DNA from: the human T2T-CHM13v2.0 reference genome, Homo sapiens
Reading direction: 5' to 3' (one strand)
NCBI RefSeq assembly: GCF_009914755.1
Contig: NC_060937.1
Length of the DNA: 64,000 nt
Shown here: one piece after another, positions 29,106 through 42,667 of the stretch
How positions within the stretch are numbered: position 1 is the stretch's first letter
How the letters are laid out: every line of letters starts with the position of its first letter
The notes under the pieces: generated by a model
Told to the model about the DNA's origin: nothing
What the model saw: the letters and a program-made list of their open reading frames with translations, nothing else
Databases searched by the model: none
Position numbers and translations under genes: made by a program

Positions 29106-30499
29106 TTAAAGTTGTTTAAAGATATTTATATCTCATGACAGAAGAAAGATCAGGGAGAAAGCTGTATCAGGTAAGTTAGTTTTATGATTTTCAAACTTTT
29201 CCCCTACCCTGACAAAATAACCTTTATGATATTTTATCTTTTGGGATTTTTAAGACAAATTCAAGAGAAAATTCAATTTGTCCTTTGTTTTCTCCCTATG
29301 GCCAAAGAATTTTTACTTTATAAATACTTCCACTTACTTCAGTTCTGTTCTCTTCCTAATAATTTGTCAGCTATTATCATCTTGCCATCACAATATCCTT
29401 TGCCTTCCCACCAGTACATTCTTTGTCTAGAGAATTGAGACTCTGGAGTCATTACTTAAACCAAGCACCCAGACCTCACTGGCTGAGCTCTGAGTGAAGT
29501 TTACCCCTCTCCTCATCTCCTGCACGATTTTCTTCCCTGAATCACTTCTGAGACCAGGGATTCTCTCTAAGCTCCTACTTCTGTTCACACATGGAGCCCT
29601 GGGTTCCTGGGAAGAGCTGTTGCTTGCCCAGCAGGTAAGTGAAGGGGTAGAACTTGGAGCAAGGATTATGAATCCAGCCCGGCTTTCAGAGTGACGCATT
29701 CCCTCACTCCCAAGCATATTATGAGGAGATGATTGCAGTACACGTGGTTAAGGGAGCACTGTGTAGCACTGTGATATAGATTAGAGATAGATGCCATGAC
29801 TATGAAATCTTTTCCCCATACACCATGTATTTGGTGCTCTAGCAAGTGGAGAGGATAGTCATAACCCTGAAGTTTTGATTACCCTCTTACCCAGGTGGCT
29901 TTTGTTCCAAGAAATTTGTGGCCTATATATTTTCAATCTTTGATATTGTCAGTGGATTCTTCTACCTGTTTTGTTTGAAACTTTCTTAAATTTATTCTTT
30001 TAGGAAGGATTTATTTGCTACAAATACAAAAAAGAAAGAAAGCAAACATCAGAAGGAAACAGGCTGTGTGTAACTAAGGAGCTTGTGTGCTGTTGATACC
30101 GCAGAGGTCATTTATAAAATCTGCTTGATTTATTTTTTAATTTGCTCACTCTAGGCCAAGCCTACTGCCTCCTTGCCCGGCCTCTAATCACATGTACAAA
30201 TGGACACAAGCAGATGCAAATCAATTTGTTCTCATCATGGTTGGCTCCATACCCCGTATCATCAGGCAAGGGAAGCCTGGTGAAGAGGGGCTCCTGTTTG
30301 GGCTACTGAAAAGACGCCGGCAGAGGCCGGAGCGTCAGGGAAGCCAGTTGAAAACCAGACTTCCTTCCATGGGCAAAACTGACTTCTAGCCTTTAAATGC
30401 ACATTTAAATCTTGTTCATTCTTCACATCCTGGGCAGGGCACAGTGTTAGCACACACAGACACCTCACAACAAATGTTCACAGAGAGAAATACAAAATG

Positions 30500-30745
30500 T
30501 AGATGGGGCAAAGGGAGGGGAGGAAGGAAGGGAGAAAGAAGGAAAAGAGGAAAGAAGACAAGAAGTCAGGAATTCGAAGGAGTGAAGCAAGAAACTGGTA
30601 GAGGAAGGGAAGGAGGCAGAAAAAATGTGATGAAAGAAGGTAAACAGGAGAGAATTAAAAGGAGAAAAGAATATGGAAGGAAAATGAGGGCAGGAAGGAG
30701 AGAAGAAAGGGTGGGTAGAAAGAGGAGAAAGGAAAGAAATGTGGC
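30500..30745 (+). repeat. GA-rich low-complexity tract
   Basis: About 245 nt purine-rich (ggaa/gaaa-like units). Confidence 0.8.
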
Positions 30746-32821
30746 AATGTTGGCTAAAGCATCCCAGAGGGAAGCCACCAGAAGAAGCATGGACTCGAGG
30801 GTACCTTGCTGTTAATCATGACTCACAGATTTCACCCTTCTCTAACTCCTAGTTCAGAGAGTATCTTCCCTACCCAATTTAGCACTTCATTAGTTCATGT
30901 CTGAGTCTCAAATCATTTCATAACTAGGCTACAAGCTTGTTGAGAATAGGGTTCTATCTTAGGTTTCTTTTGTGCCTTGGTCATCTCCTGTTCTTCTCTG
31001 GTCCCTAAGACAGTGCTGGGTACATGAAAAGCAGTGAATTATCCCAGCATTCATTAGGTCCCTGGTAACCTTACCAACTTCTCTCACTGTGGTGCACAGC
31101 CTTTTTTTTGTTCTTTATGTAGTCAAGTGGGGAGTATTGTTATCTCTGCTGTCATATGCTTTCCAGAAGTGCTGTAATATCTAAAAAACCCATTCATTAT
31201 AGTCTGTCTAAAGGATCACTCATTGATATTACTGTGACAGGCTGCTCTTAAGGAGAACCCCAGAATATGCATACTATTAAGGATCATTCAGGTGGGCAAT
31301 CTCATAAACACTACTGAGAGCATTTCCCCACCCTCATCACCTGGTTATAGTCTGGGAAAGAATGCTATCCAATTAATTAAACAGGATCTGAATCTCCTTT
31401 CCATAGCCAAGACATTTAAATTTTGTGTTTGCAGAGGTATGCTATTAGTACAGAAGTGCGAATGATTCTCCCCTCTGTGGGAAATGTAACACATGCCCAT
31501 GACCTCTCAAGCTGGTCACAGTGGTGTCGTGCCAAAATAGCAGGTCCTTCTATATCCTCCAGCCTCTGTGGCCACATTACGCTGAGTCTGGTTTTCAGAA
31601 CCAAATCTTCCACACCATGGGCCTTGGGAAGAGGCTGCAGGTGTGTAGAGGGGGCAACCAGACACGCTTGGAAAACTGAGCCTTCATCTCCTAAAGGATA
31701 TATAAACAGGGAAGAGCAGACGAACCCTCCTCTTGACTGTAAGAAGTATTCATCTGCTAATGCTCAAGTCAAATGTTTCTTCTGGGCTGCTTCGGAGAGA
31801 CAAGAGGTTGGGCTTGATGGGCCCTGGGGCTGACATGGGAGATTCTATGTACTGATAGAAACCATTTTCATCACAGTGCTGCCTATTTTAAAGAGTTTGC
31901 CTGCTGTGCTCTGGGCATGATTTTTGACTCAGCAAAGCTTCAGAAGCCATGGCTGCCCCCAACCCGGACCCTGTTTTCCTCTGAATGAATCTTCCTTTTT
32001 CAAGGGTTTCTGATACAAGAGAACCGGGTGAATGAGAGTGGGTAATTTAGAAAAGGCCAAGAAGAGAAAAATATGCAAATATGCAAATATCAACAGCAGG
32101 AATAATATTTAACTGGAAAATAGCTTATTATTGGGCTACATGGTTTTAGGAAGCCATGTGCAATGTACATGCCCGGCATAATTTAAATTAATTCCTTCCA
32201 TTCCTAGTCATTCTTACACCCATATGTAGCCTTTGGGGAAATCCTGACCACAACAGTGACATTACAGGACTGGGTGGAGCCTGCTTTCCCTGTTCTCATC
32301 AGTACAGGGTGGGCACTGGATTTTGCTCTCTGGATTAAAAAGTCTAAATATCCTCTCAGCCTCACTGGAATAGAAAGCATGTGGTCTGATCCCTGGTGCC
32401 CAGCAGTTTTAGAGTACTTTTTCAATATACTTTCTACCCCAGGCATGAGAAGGAACCTGACAGCTCTGTGGGCATTTCATTCAGAAGATGGAGAGCTATC
32501 TGGGAGTAGGCAGGGGACACCTCGTGTGTTTCCTCTGTGAGGGAAATACTTTCTTCATCACTCTAAAATAAAAGTACCAGTCTGCGATGAGATACAATTC
32601 CTTTGACTGAATCCCATCCAGAAAGGCCCATCATCTAATGGCCAGGGACAAGGCATGTGAATTCTCTCTCCTCAGAGACTGGTAAGGGAACGTCACAAAT
32701 CTTACCTGAGCCCTGAGGATAAGAATAGAACAAGAGCTTCTACCCGCCACCCCCTCCCCGCCAGCCAAAACAAATCAATTCATTACTTATCAATCCCTGC
32801 CCATTCCCAGGAGATGATTTT

Positions 32822-32845
32822 ACACACACACACACACACACACAC
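32822..32845 (+). repeat. (AC)12 microsatellite, (UG)n in ENOX1 pre-mRNA
   Basis: Seen directly; extends imperfectly to 32859. Confidence 0.95.
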
Positions 32846-34493
32846 GCAGGCACACACACTTCACTGGTGATCATCATAGATTCTCAGCCTGCGATGATGG
32901 AGTGGAGGAAACAAAGTGTCCTGAAATTCTTTGATAAACGACAAGTGGATTGTTGGCCATTTTAGCTCCTACTAAAACAACAGCTGCTTCTCAACAAAGG
33001 CTTCTCACTTGGGACTTGCAGAAAGGGAGAACAGAAATGTCAACAGTACAAGGGAAGGATGGTAGCAACAATAGGAATCATTTCTTGAGGGGTTATTCTT
33101 TGCCAAACACATTGGTGCAAGCAGTGTTTTGTTTAATCCTCCAGGCAAAGGTGGTGGTGATATTAAGGAACAATAATACCAGTAAAGGGGAAACAACAGC
33201 AGAGAAATCCTTCAAATCTATATGACAACAAAGGAACATTGTGCAGCAAGTCCTTCTTATTTCATCTGAGTTTAACATGAATGCTTTCTCTTTCTTACCT
33301 GTGCATGTGAGGGGAAACCACAATGAAAAAAATAGATGATTCTGAACCTCTAGAATTTTAAAATTCTCTAACTCCTTTCACCCTGTTTTGTTCTACCCTG
33401 TCATGAAAGGCATGAAATCTGTATGACTGAAAAGATTCCTCTCAAAGGGGAAGTGTTAGATCCATTTAAGAGGTTAAACAGTTTTGGGATCATGTATTGG
33501 GAAGATTATTTGAATCAAAATAAGAACACATGATAGTCATTTGATGCATGCTAGCCATTGAAAATTTAGCATGATTTAGCTGTGTCTGTTCAGGGACACA
33601 GCACTGCAGTCTGCTGGTCTGGTCGTACCAATCCCATGCGTTTTGCTGTGCTCTATGGAGGACCTTCTTACTTATTTCCATTTTCCTTCATGACCAGAAA
33701 TTTGACAGGCAACTCGCTGGCTTCTCTAGCTTCTCTGTTTTGCTTCTGTGTCCACCCCGCTCCTGGGCTTCCCTAGTGTTGGTTAATGATGTTGTTTTAT
33801 TTTGTCAGGGCCCCTTCCATTGTTCACATGAATTTGACACATAAATCACATTCTTTTTGTCTCTTCTCTATGGGTACACAAATACTGCGGTGGGGTAGGA
33901 GTACAGCTAATTTGTGGATGGGAAAAACCGAGCTTCAGGGAGGTGAGGAATGATGTCTGGCTCTGGATGTGAGCCTGGAGGGGCACAGCTGAGAAGAATT
34001 TTGCAGCCACTTTTTTCTACTTAGAGAACAACGCTGGAAAACAGCCATTAATACAGCTTTCTTGAGTCATATCAGATCTTTATATTATTTGGGATGATTT
34101 TTCCTCAATTGTGTGAAGTCCAGAACATGGAATCCTATAAGAATATGGTCTGAGGATAATGCCCTATTAGCCACACTCACCTGATTTCACCCTTATTTTG
34201 GGAACTTTCAGGTGAACCTATATTTTTAAATCTCTCATAAGCTTTCCAAATTAATTTGGCATCTGCTAAAAGTCATTGTCATTTTAGATAACTGCTCTTC
34301 TTTTTACAAAGACAAAAGCAAGCAAAAAGAGGAGAACAAGCTGCCAAAAACTGAGGTCCTTGCAAAAGAGAAGGGCTGATCCACCCCCATAGGCTGCTAC
34401 AGCCCTAGTTCAGTTCATGCAGAGTCCACCTGCAGGCAGCAATCAACATGCTAAATTTGAGCAACGAAAGTTCACTCGAGCAAAATAATTTAC

Positions 34494-34579
34494 CTTGGAG
34501 TCCAGCTGCTGCATGTATGACCAAAGATATTCTATGTTGGCTCCAAAAGGATGGACGTGAAGAAACGTTGATATGATAC
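34494..34579 (-). CDS. ENOX1: ENOX1 penultimate exon ((G)IISTFLHVHPFGANIEYLWSYMQQLDSK)
   Basis: Acceptor cctttttaattcag, donor AAG/gtaaat; 86 nt; phases join both neighbouring exons. Confidence 0.97.
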
Positions 34580-35422
34580 CTGAATTAAAAAGGCAAACAT
34601 TGGAAATTATTCAAAGGCATATGAGAGTCTCTGGTTAAATAATGCTGTCTAATCCCAGTGACTATTTTGTCAGGCTGAGTTATGGTCTTGCCATTTCTAG
34701 CAGCACTCAATAAGCATTCAATAATAGCACATTCTGAAGGCAGTAAGAGTAACATGGCAAACAGAACACTTTATCTCCTGGAATGATAGTAGTTAGCAAA
34801 GCTAGACTCTGAGATAATATACAGCTGAATAAAGATATTTCAAAACAAAGACTCCTGGAAGCATTTCAACTACCAATTTTATGCTTGATTTACCAATATA
34901 AAATTATAGTTATTGGAAGGATAAAATTATCTTTTCTTTCCCTCAGTGGACTTTGCAGTATGAAAATGGCTCATACAACTGTGTCAGAAATCACACTGCC
35001 TCAGATTTTCCTGATAATTACAATTGCTAGATATGAAAAGTATTTAATCTATATTTCCCCCAACTGCCATTGAAGGAAGCCCAAATTCTTCCTGAAACAT
35101 TTGCTGTTCTCTCTGGTTGTCGCTCTTGTTTAAAAGGAGCCAGCTCATTCTCCCCTTCTTGCTGCTGTAATTTACAAGATCATTTTAAAAGGTCTGGGAA
35201 TGGATGGTTTGGCTGCAGTTTGATTATAAATTATAAGGCTCTTCCATCGTGCAAATCAGCTGTCAACATTGTACTGACAAATGAAAAGCTGGACGTTGAA
35301 GTCAGGAATGAAGTAAAAAGCATTACCTTCCTCTTCTCCCTGCTCCTGGATCCAAAATCAAAATAGTGAACATGAGGAAGTCAACTCCAAAAACTGTAGA
35401 CTGCTTTTTGTTAAGAAGTTGT

Positions 35423-35880
35423 GCACTTGTTATTCACGATAGCAAAAACATGGAATCAGCTCAGGTGCCCATCAGTGGTGGATTGCATAAAGAAAACATG
35501 GTATGAACCATGGAATACTATGTAGCCATAAAAAAGAAGGAAATGATGCCCTTTGCAGCAACATTGATGCACCTGGAGGCCATTATCCTAAGTGAACTAA
35601 TGCAGAAATAAAACCAAATATTGCATGTTCTTATAAGTGGGAGCTTAACAGTGGGTACTCATGGACATAAGAAGGAGAACAGTAGACACTGGGGACTGCT
35701 AGAGGCGGGAGAGAGGGACGAGGGAAAGGGCTGAGAATCTCCCTATTAGGGATTATGCCCATTACCAGGGGGATGGGTTCAGTCATACCCCAAACCTCAG
35801 AGTCATGCAATAGGCCTCTGTAACAATCCTGCACGTGTACCCCTGGATTCTAAAATAAACGTTGAAAAAGAAACAAAAGA
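35423..35880 (+). mobile_element. 5'-truncated L1 3' end (old L1PA/L1PB-like)
   Basis: tattcacgatagcaaaaacatggaatca...ttataagtgggagct...cctgcacgtgtacccc...aaaataaa; aagttgt on both flanks. Confidence 0.85.
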
Positions 35881-36704
35881 AAAGTTGTCCTCAGACTGAT
35901 AGTTTTAGCTTTCTGTTAAAAAAGTTTCAAGATGAATCTGAGGGTAAGCCTTCATGTTCTGTTTTTTGTGAGCCTTCATGCTTGGGAGCCAGGGAAGACC
36001 CTCACCTGTATGAAATGCCATCTGGGTGGGCACAGGTGCACACAGCATTCTTGTACTAGGTCATCCTATAGGTGACCTTGGATTGATCTGCCATAGGGTT
36101 TCATGGCTCCCTGATGCTATGGGATGAGTGTCAAGTTTTTAAAGAAAAGTTCCCAGTTCATCCTCAGGCTGAGAACAGAAAACCAAAGGGACTCTCCAAG
36201 ACCTATCCTCAGAATGTTGCTTTCCCAGGGCTTCTAGAGGATGACAGTGAGATGGGGAGGTAGAAACAATTCCCACATTTCCCTGTAAAGGTAGAATCTC
36301 AGTTTTTAAAGACTGACCTGTTCTTCCTGAGATACAAAGAACTACCACTTCATTCTGAGGTTATATTCTTCCTTTTTTCTTGTCAAAATGTCCTTTTTTG
36401 AAATAATGGCAATGGTAGAAGGCAATGATGATACTTTAAAAATATCTTTAAGTGGAAAAATAGCCACTTTTAATGTACTCAGGGAGCATTGTGTTGTCCC
36501 CTCCCCTTATTTATTTACTTATATTTTAATTTTAGAGACCTGACAGCTACTTCCCTGTAACTGAAATTCTCAATTCTGGTGAAGTGGCATTCTAAGTAAT
36601 TCTATTACTAATAAGAGTTAAAATATAAAAGCTCAGGAGTGATTTCTTTAAAAAAATTAGAATATAGTAGAACTATTTAAAAATGATTATTTTCATTTGC
36701 ATTT

Positions 36705-36975
36705 CCTTTTTTGTTTTACAAAGTTTTAAATTGATATATAATATTTGTACATATTTTTTGGGTACCTGGCATATTTTGATACCTGTATACAATGTGTAAT
36801 GATAAGAATCAGGGTAATTTGCATGGCCATCACCTCAGACGTTTATCATTTCTTTGTGTTGAGAACATCCCAAATCTTTTCTTCTAGCTATTCTGAAGTA
36901 TACAGTAAATTACTGTTAACTATAATTTCCCTACTGTACTATCAAATACTGGAACTTAGTCCTTCTATTTGTTGA
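36705..36975 (-). mobile_element. L1MA-like 3' end fragment
   Basis: ttgtacatatttt...atacaatgtgtaatgat...catttctttgtgttgagaaca...ttgttaactata-like segments. Confidence 0.75.
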
Positions 36976-38529
36976 ATGAGAGAGTAAGGGCTGAATCACA
37001 GTTCGTGTAGAGGGAATCCCCTGTTTCACGATGGTGAGTGGGGCTTTCACTGACCATCCCAGGTACTATGGCCACTGCTTTCCACAGAGAGCCTCCCACA
37101 AGTGATGGGCAGGAGAAGGACAGGGGAGGGAGAAGGAAGAGTCAGCTTTGGCTTTGTGAGCAGGTGAGGGGGTGCTCCTAGTCGGAAGCTTTTTTTCTCC
37201 TCCTCCCCTGCAGGGTTCTCCCAGGGAGGTGAGGGCTGCTGCAAGGTGGGGAGCAGCATTCCTCGGGTGGACATCTGCTTACGCAGCAGGGCTGAGACAG
37301 GGAGTGGCAGCAGCACTGCAGACTTTGGGGTGACAAGGGTGTATAAGTCTCCCATGGAGAAAGAGGGCATAAGACTTGAGCAGTCTTAAGTAAACTACCC
37401 CAGGCAAATAAATAACAATATTTTTCATATTTAATATTCCCCCTGGCCAGAGAGCCTTCAACATCTCCTGCATAACCTACAGCCTTTTGTAAATGTCCAT
37501 AGGTGTATGGTTATCAACATAAATGTCTTTAATAGGATGAATAGAACAAGTCAGAGGAGGATGGGGTGGGTTGGGGGAGAGGTTGATAACCCTTAGCCTA
37601 GGAGACGAAGTGTTGACATGGGTCATTTAGGGACACCAGAAATGGGAGGACCTAGAGTGCCTCTGTGAAGTTGGCACCCTCTGTGAACATGGATTTGCTC
37701 CTCCACTGTCTACTACCTTTCAACCCTAATCCTGGGTCTGCACCCCAAGGAGCTGTGCTCTTAGTCTTTGTGTGTTCTGGTTCCATATCCAGAACATAGT
37801 ACACATTCATAAGAGGTATATGTTGAACGTATTTATTTGCCAGAACTGGAAATCTCCAGTATACTTGTTTAAAAATTCTATTAGTCTATTATTGATAAAT
37901 GGGAATAAATAAGAACCTTAAACATTTCTACAAGTAGTAACAGATCTTTCAAAAACCAGGTAACTTTGAGATATTATTCACTGAAAATTCTTACTCTTAA
38001 CCCGTCCTGTCATGGATTTAGAAGGATGGAGTAACTTGGATGTTTTGAGCAAGGAAAATTTTCATTGAAACTATTTTGCTCATAACTAAGGGGAAAATCA
38101 GATTCTAAAATCAGATTAGAAGTCCTGACGTGGACTTGAGTGTTCTTTTAGGAGGGTATTCAGAACCATCTCTGTGGTAGCTGATATTAAGAAGCCATTA
38201 GCTTTTCCTTATAAGAGTTCAGCAATTGCCACTAGATATATGTAGGGCCAAGGCAGGCAGTCACAAATAGGCTTCCCAAGCTTTTCCTGTGGATGACAAC
38301 CCAATTATCCAGTGTTGCTAGAGACACAGCCGAAAGGAAAGCATGAGTCATCATCCTCCCTGGTACCTTGCCTCTCCTCAGCCCACCTCCCACTCCTGCA
38401 TCTGTCCATCCCTGTAGCACCACAGAAGCATCAGTCATGCCACTTGAGAAAATGTTTCTAGGCCCTGTGATTTTGGATCAGGTTCATTTGAGGGAATCTT
38501 TCTAAATAAACAAGTAAAGCCTCTTTGCA

Positions 38530-38560
<31 letters not shown>

Positions 38561-39139
38561 GGAACTGGGACATTCCCTGGGGATGGAAAAAGGATGGCTG
38601 TAACTCAAAAGTTAATGAAAAATGCCACAAACCTGGAATATGGAGACTATTTTATGGTCCTCTGGAATAGACCTAAAGGCTTGGTAAAATGAACACTAGG
38701 AATGGAGGGTGGTGGATTTAGCTGTTACTGAACTGGTGGATCTCCAAGGGGATGGCTCAACAATTGGACTTGCTTGTTTCCATGGAGATGTAGAAGGCCT
38801 CCATATTGGAGAATGGGTTTCCAAAAGTGGAAAAAAAATTTTAAGTGCCTAATTTAAAAAAATTTTAAAAGAACAAAGGAGGTTCAGTACCATTGGGCTT
38901 TTTGCACATCTCAGAATCTTAAAAACTACTTTAGAAAGAGTAACTAGCTCTAGAGGCCTGTGCCAAACCTCGTTAGGAAGGTCCATTTAAATTGGCTACC
39001 CAAAAGCACTCTGAGCTTCTCCCATCAAAACCATCTAGTTTATTTACATTATTGGGTCTCACTAAGACTAAGGATGCAGTATTTAAATTAACCAAATAGT
39101 GCCAGATTTGTACTGCTTCATCACTTATTTTAATACTTG

Positions 39140-40900
39140 AAACACTTAGCAGCCAGGAGGTGGCAAGGTGCTAGAGGCACAGCATTGTATAAGATAGGCA
39201 AGGGGCTGGTCCTGTGGAACTTTTATTCCAGGTGAGCAACACAGATAATAAACACAAAGATGAAAAATAAAAATTTTTAGATAGTGCTTAGCACAATGAA
39301 GAAAACACATCAGGGAAGAGGACAGAAGAGACAGCAACCTGCAGTTTGCTGGAACGCTACCTTACACAAAGCGATTGATGTGGTTTGGCTATGTCCCCCC
39401 AACAAATCTCATTGAATTATAGCTCCCATAATTCCCACATGTTGTGGGAGGGACCCAGTGGGAGATAACTGAATCATAGGGGCAGTTTCCCCATACTGTT
39501 CTCATGCTAGTGAATAAGTCTCGTGAGATCTGATGGTTTTATAAGGGGAAACTTCTTTCACTTGGTTCTTCTCTCTTGTTTGCTGCCATGTAAGACATGC
39601 CTTTTGCCTTCCACCTTCTGCCATGATTGTGAGGCCTCCCCAGCCCTGTGGAACTGTAAGTCCATTAAACCTCTTTTTCTTTATAAAACACCCAGTTTTG
39701 GATATGTCTTTATCAGCAGCATGGGAATGGACTAATACAGCGATTACGTGAAGCCCTCTCCCTGAGAAAGCAGACCTTCTCAAGTGTGAGATGAGAAGGA
39801 GTCAGCCATGGAAAGCCCGGGGGAGACCATTCCAGGTACAGGCCACATACAGTGCAAAGGCCCTGAGGTGGAAGTGAGCTGGCAGAACACACTGGGCTGG
39901 AGAGTGGCACATGTGTTTAGAGGTAGGTGGGGGCCAGATCACACAGGACCTTGTGTGCCAGGGGAAAGAGTTTGGATTAGATTTAAATTCTAAATGTGGC
40001 AGGAAACCAAAAGAGTGGTTCTAAGCAGGTGCTTGACATGATCTGAATTATGTTTTAAAAACTTCCCTCAAGCTGCTGTATGGAGGGTAGAGCAGAGGGG
40101 GAACTGGGAGGCCAGTTGGAAGTGTTTGCATGAGACTGGAGTGGTGAGTCATGATCTGGACTGCAAAGGGAGAAGCGGACTCCAAAGGGAGAGCCAGGGG
40201 GCTGGTGTGAGCAGTGAGGCTGGGGAAGAATGAAAGATGAGTAAACAGTTTTTCACTTGAGCAACTGGGTGGGACTATTTTCTCAGATGAGAATATTGGG
40301 GAAGGAGCACATTAGGGCAGGAAAAAGGGGAATCGGGAGTTCTGTTTTGTCCTCATTAAATTTGAGATGTGCATTAGCATCTAAGTGAAGAATATTAAAT
40401 GGCAGCTGGAGATGGTATACATTTGCAATGGCAACAAAAAGGGATTTGAAGCCAAAGTATTCATTGAGATTACCTAGGTAGAGAAGAGGCCTCAAGACTG
40501 AAGGCTGGAGAAGCCCAAAATTTAGAGGTAAGCTGAGGAAAACTCATCAGAGGACTCTGAGAGGGTTTAATCAATAAGAAAGTGTGGCATCATGATGGCG
40601 GAGAGAAGTATTTCCAGATGTGAGTAGTCAACCACGTAAAGTAGCTGCCAGGTAGAGGGAGTTGAGAAATTGGTGACATAAAATTCTCTGGTGATGTGGA
40701 AAAGAATGGTTTTGGTGTGAGGATGCAAGTCAGACTGGAGGAGGCTGGAGAGAGAGGGGAGGAGGGAATGGTGACTGTGAGCATAGTGCGTTGGAGGAAT
40801 CCTGCTTTGGACAGGGGCAGGAAATGGACTGTTGCTGGAAAGGGGTCATGGTGTCAAGACAGATTTTCCTTCTCGTTTGTTGCAAAGGTACAAGATAGTA
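39140..40900 (+). mobile_element. L2 fragment interrupted by THE1
   Basis: gtgcaaaggccctgaggtgg, tgacatgatctgaatt and aaatttgagatgtgcattagcatctaagtg L2-like segments. Confidence 0.55.
39376..39739 (+). mobile_element. THE1 (THE1B-like) solo LTR
   Basis: tgatgtggtttggct...gactaataca, 364 bp, 5-bp TSD gcgat (39371-39375 and 39740-39744). Confidence 0.92.
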
Positions 40901-42361
40901 GAGTTCATGTTTATATATTGATGCACATGATGCTCCACTTACATACAAGATCACTAAGGGGTAATGCAGCTTTCATAATAGTCCTCATATATTACAGAGA
41001 ATTGAGTTGAAAAGGACCATCTAATCAAACTTCCTAATTTTATGCAGTATGAGGGCTTACACACTTACCACAGTGGTTTGGATAAGTGATTTGCCTTAGA
41101 TTACCCGGTGGATGAAATGCCTCAATCCACAAATATTTAGGACCACTCCCCCTCCCCCACCGCTCAGGGCTGCTTAGAGATCATTAGGTATTATGGTTTC
41201 TCCTTTGCATCCTTATACAAAAGATGGGAGTGGGATGGGTTAGCCCTGTTATAGTTTAATTATATTGGTTACCCGATGAGAATAAACTATCACTTTGTGC
41301 ATTCAGTTTGGTCAGCACATTATTCTCTTTGAGTGGAATGAGAAATGGAATATTGCCAGAATATACTCCCCACTACCCCCAGGCTGCTTGGAGTTTTCAT
41401 TCCAAACTCTCTGTGTCAGGTTCTAAAGTTCTGGCTGAGATTTGCTTTCTCTACACCTACACTGGTTGATAGTCTCCTAGGAAGCTTCAAAAGACCCTGG
41501 GGCCCATCAGCTCACTGGGATAGAGGAGCACCTTGGGGCTTTCCAGAGACCTTGGCTCTGCAGATGAACAGCTGTGTCTCTAGACACAGTCACATCTTGC
41601 TGGGAATTACCAGAGGCCTGACCATAAACCAGCCTGAAATAGTCTTGTTTCATGTTGACACCCATATAAATGGTCCACGGATGTTGGAGAATCAGCAGGA
41701 AAAAAAGCCATGCAAAATCTGGGTCTCCTAGTAAGCCCTGAGGGGACAGTTGTCTGTGGGCAGCTGCAGAGTGATGAAGCGTATATGGGAAGTGGAGAGA
41801 AACTGTAGGAAACCGATCAAACACTTGTGGTTTGGGCTGATGCTTCTCAGTGCCTTGGGATTCCAAAAAGCTTTAATTTTCCAAAAAAGTTTATTCCACT
41901 TACTTGGTGAGTACAAAACCTAATCTTGTATGGTTGGTTAGTTAGTTTTGTGTTGTAATATTTGTCTGTCTTATTTTTTCGATTAAACCCCTCAGACTGT
42001 ATTTGAACCTCTTAGTAGTAAATTGTTCCTGGTACCTGAAATGCCCTTAACAACTTCTTTATCCATCCAGTGAAAACCTCTTCATCCTTTAGGACTAGCT
42101 CAGCTGTCCTTTCTTCTGACAAGGCATCTGTAGCATAAGTAGCTCCTTCTCTGTGTCTCTGATTTTACTACGAACCACAGTTCATTGTAATTAACTGCAT
42201 TCTTTCTCATTATCTATGAACTTCTTGAGGGGAGATCATCTTTCCACCATCAGTTAATGCATGGGATAGCATAAATCAGGCCAGCGTTTCTCAAAACATA
42301 GTACCAGATATGCCTGCTTTAGCATCCTCTCAGATATTAGTATTGCAATGAACAGGATCAC

Positions 42362-42667
<306 letters not shown>

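Noticed and set aside
30444-30815. Basic K/R/E/G-rich 123-aa ORF
   Set aside because: By-product of the GA-rich low-complexity tract
35320-35400. Possible minus-strand microexon ending at GAAG/gtaatg
   Set aside because: The acceptor is weak and nothing else supports it
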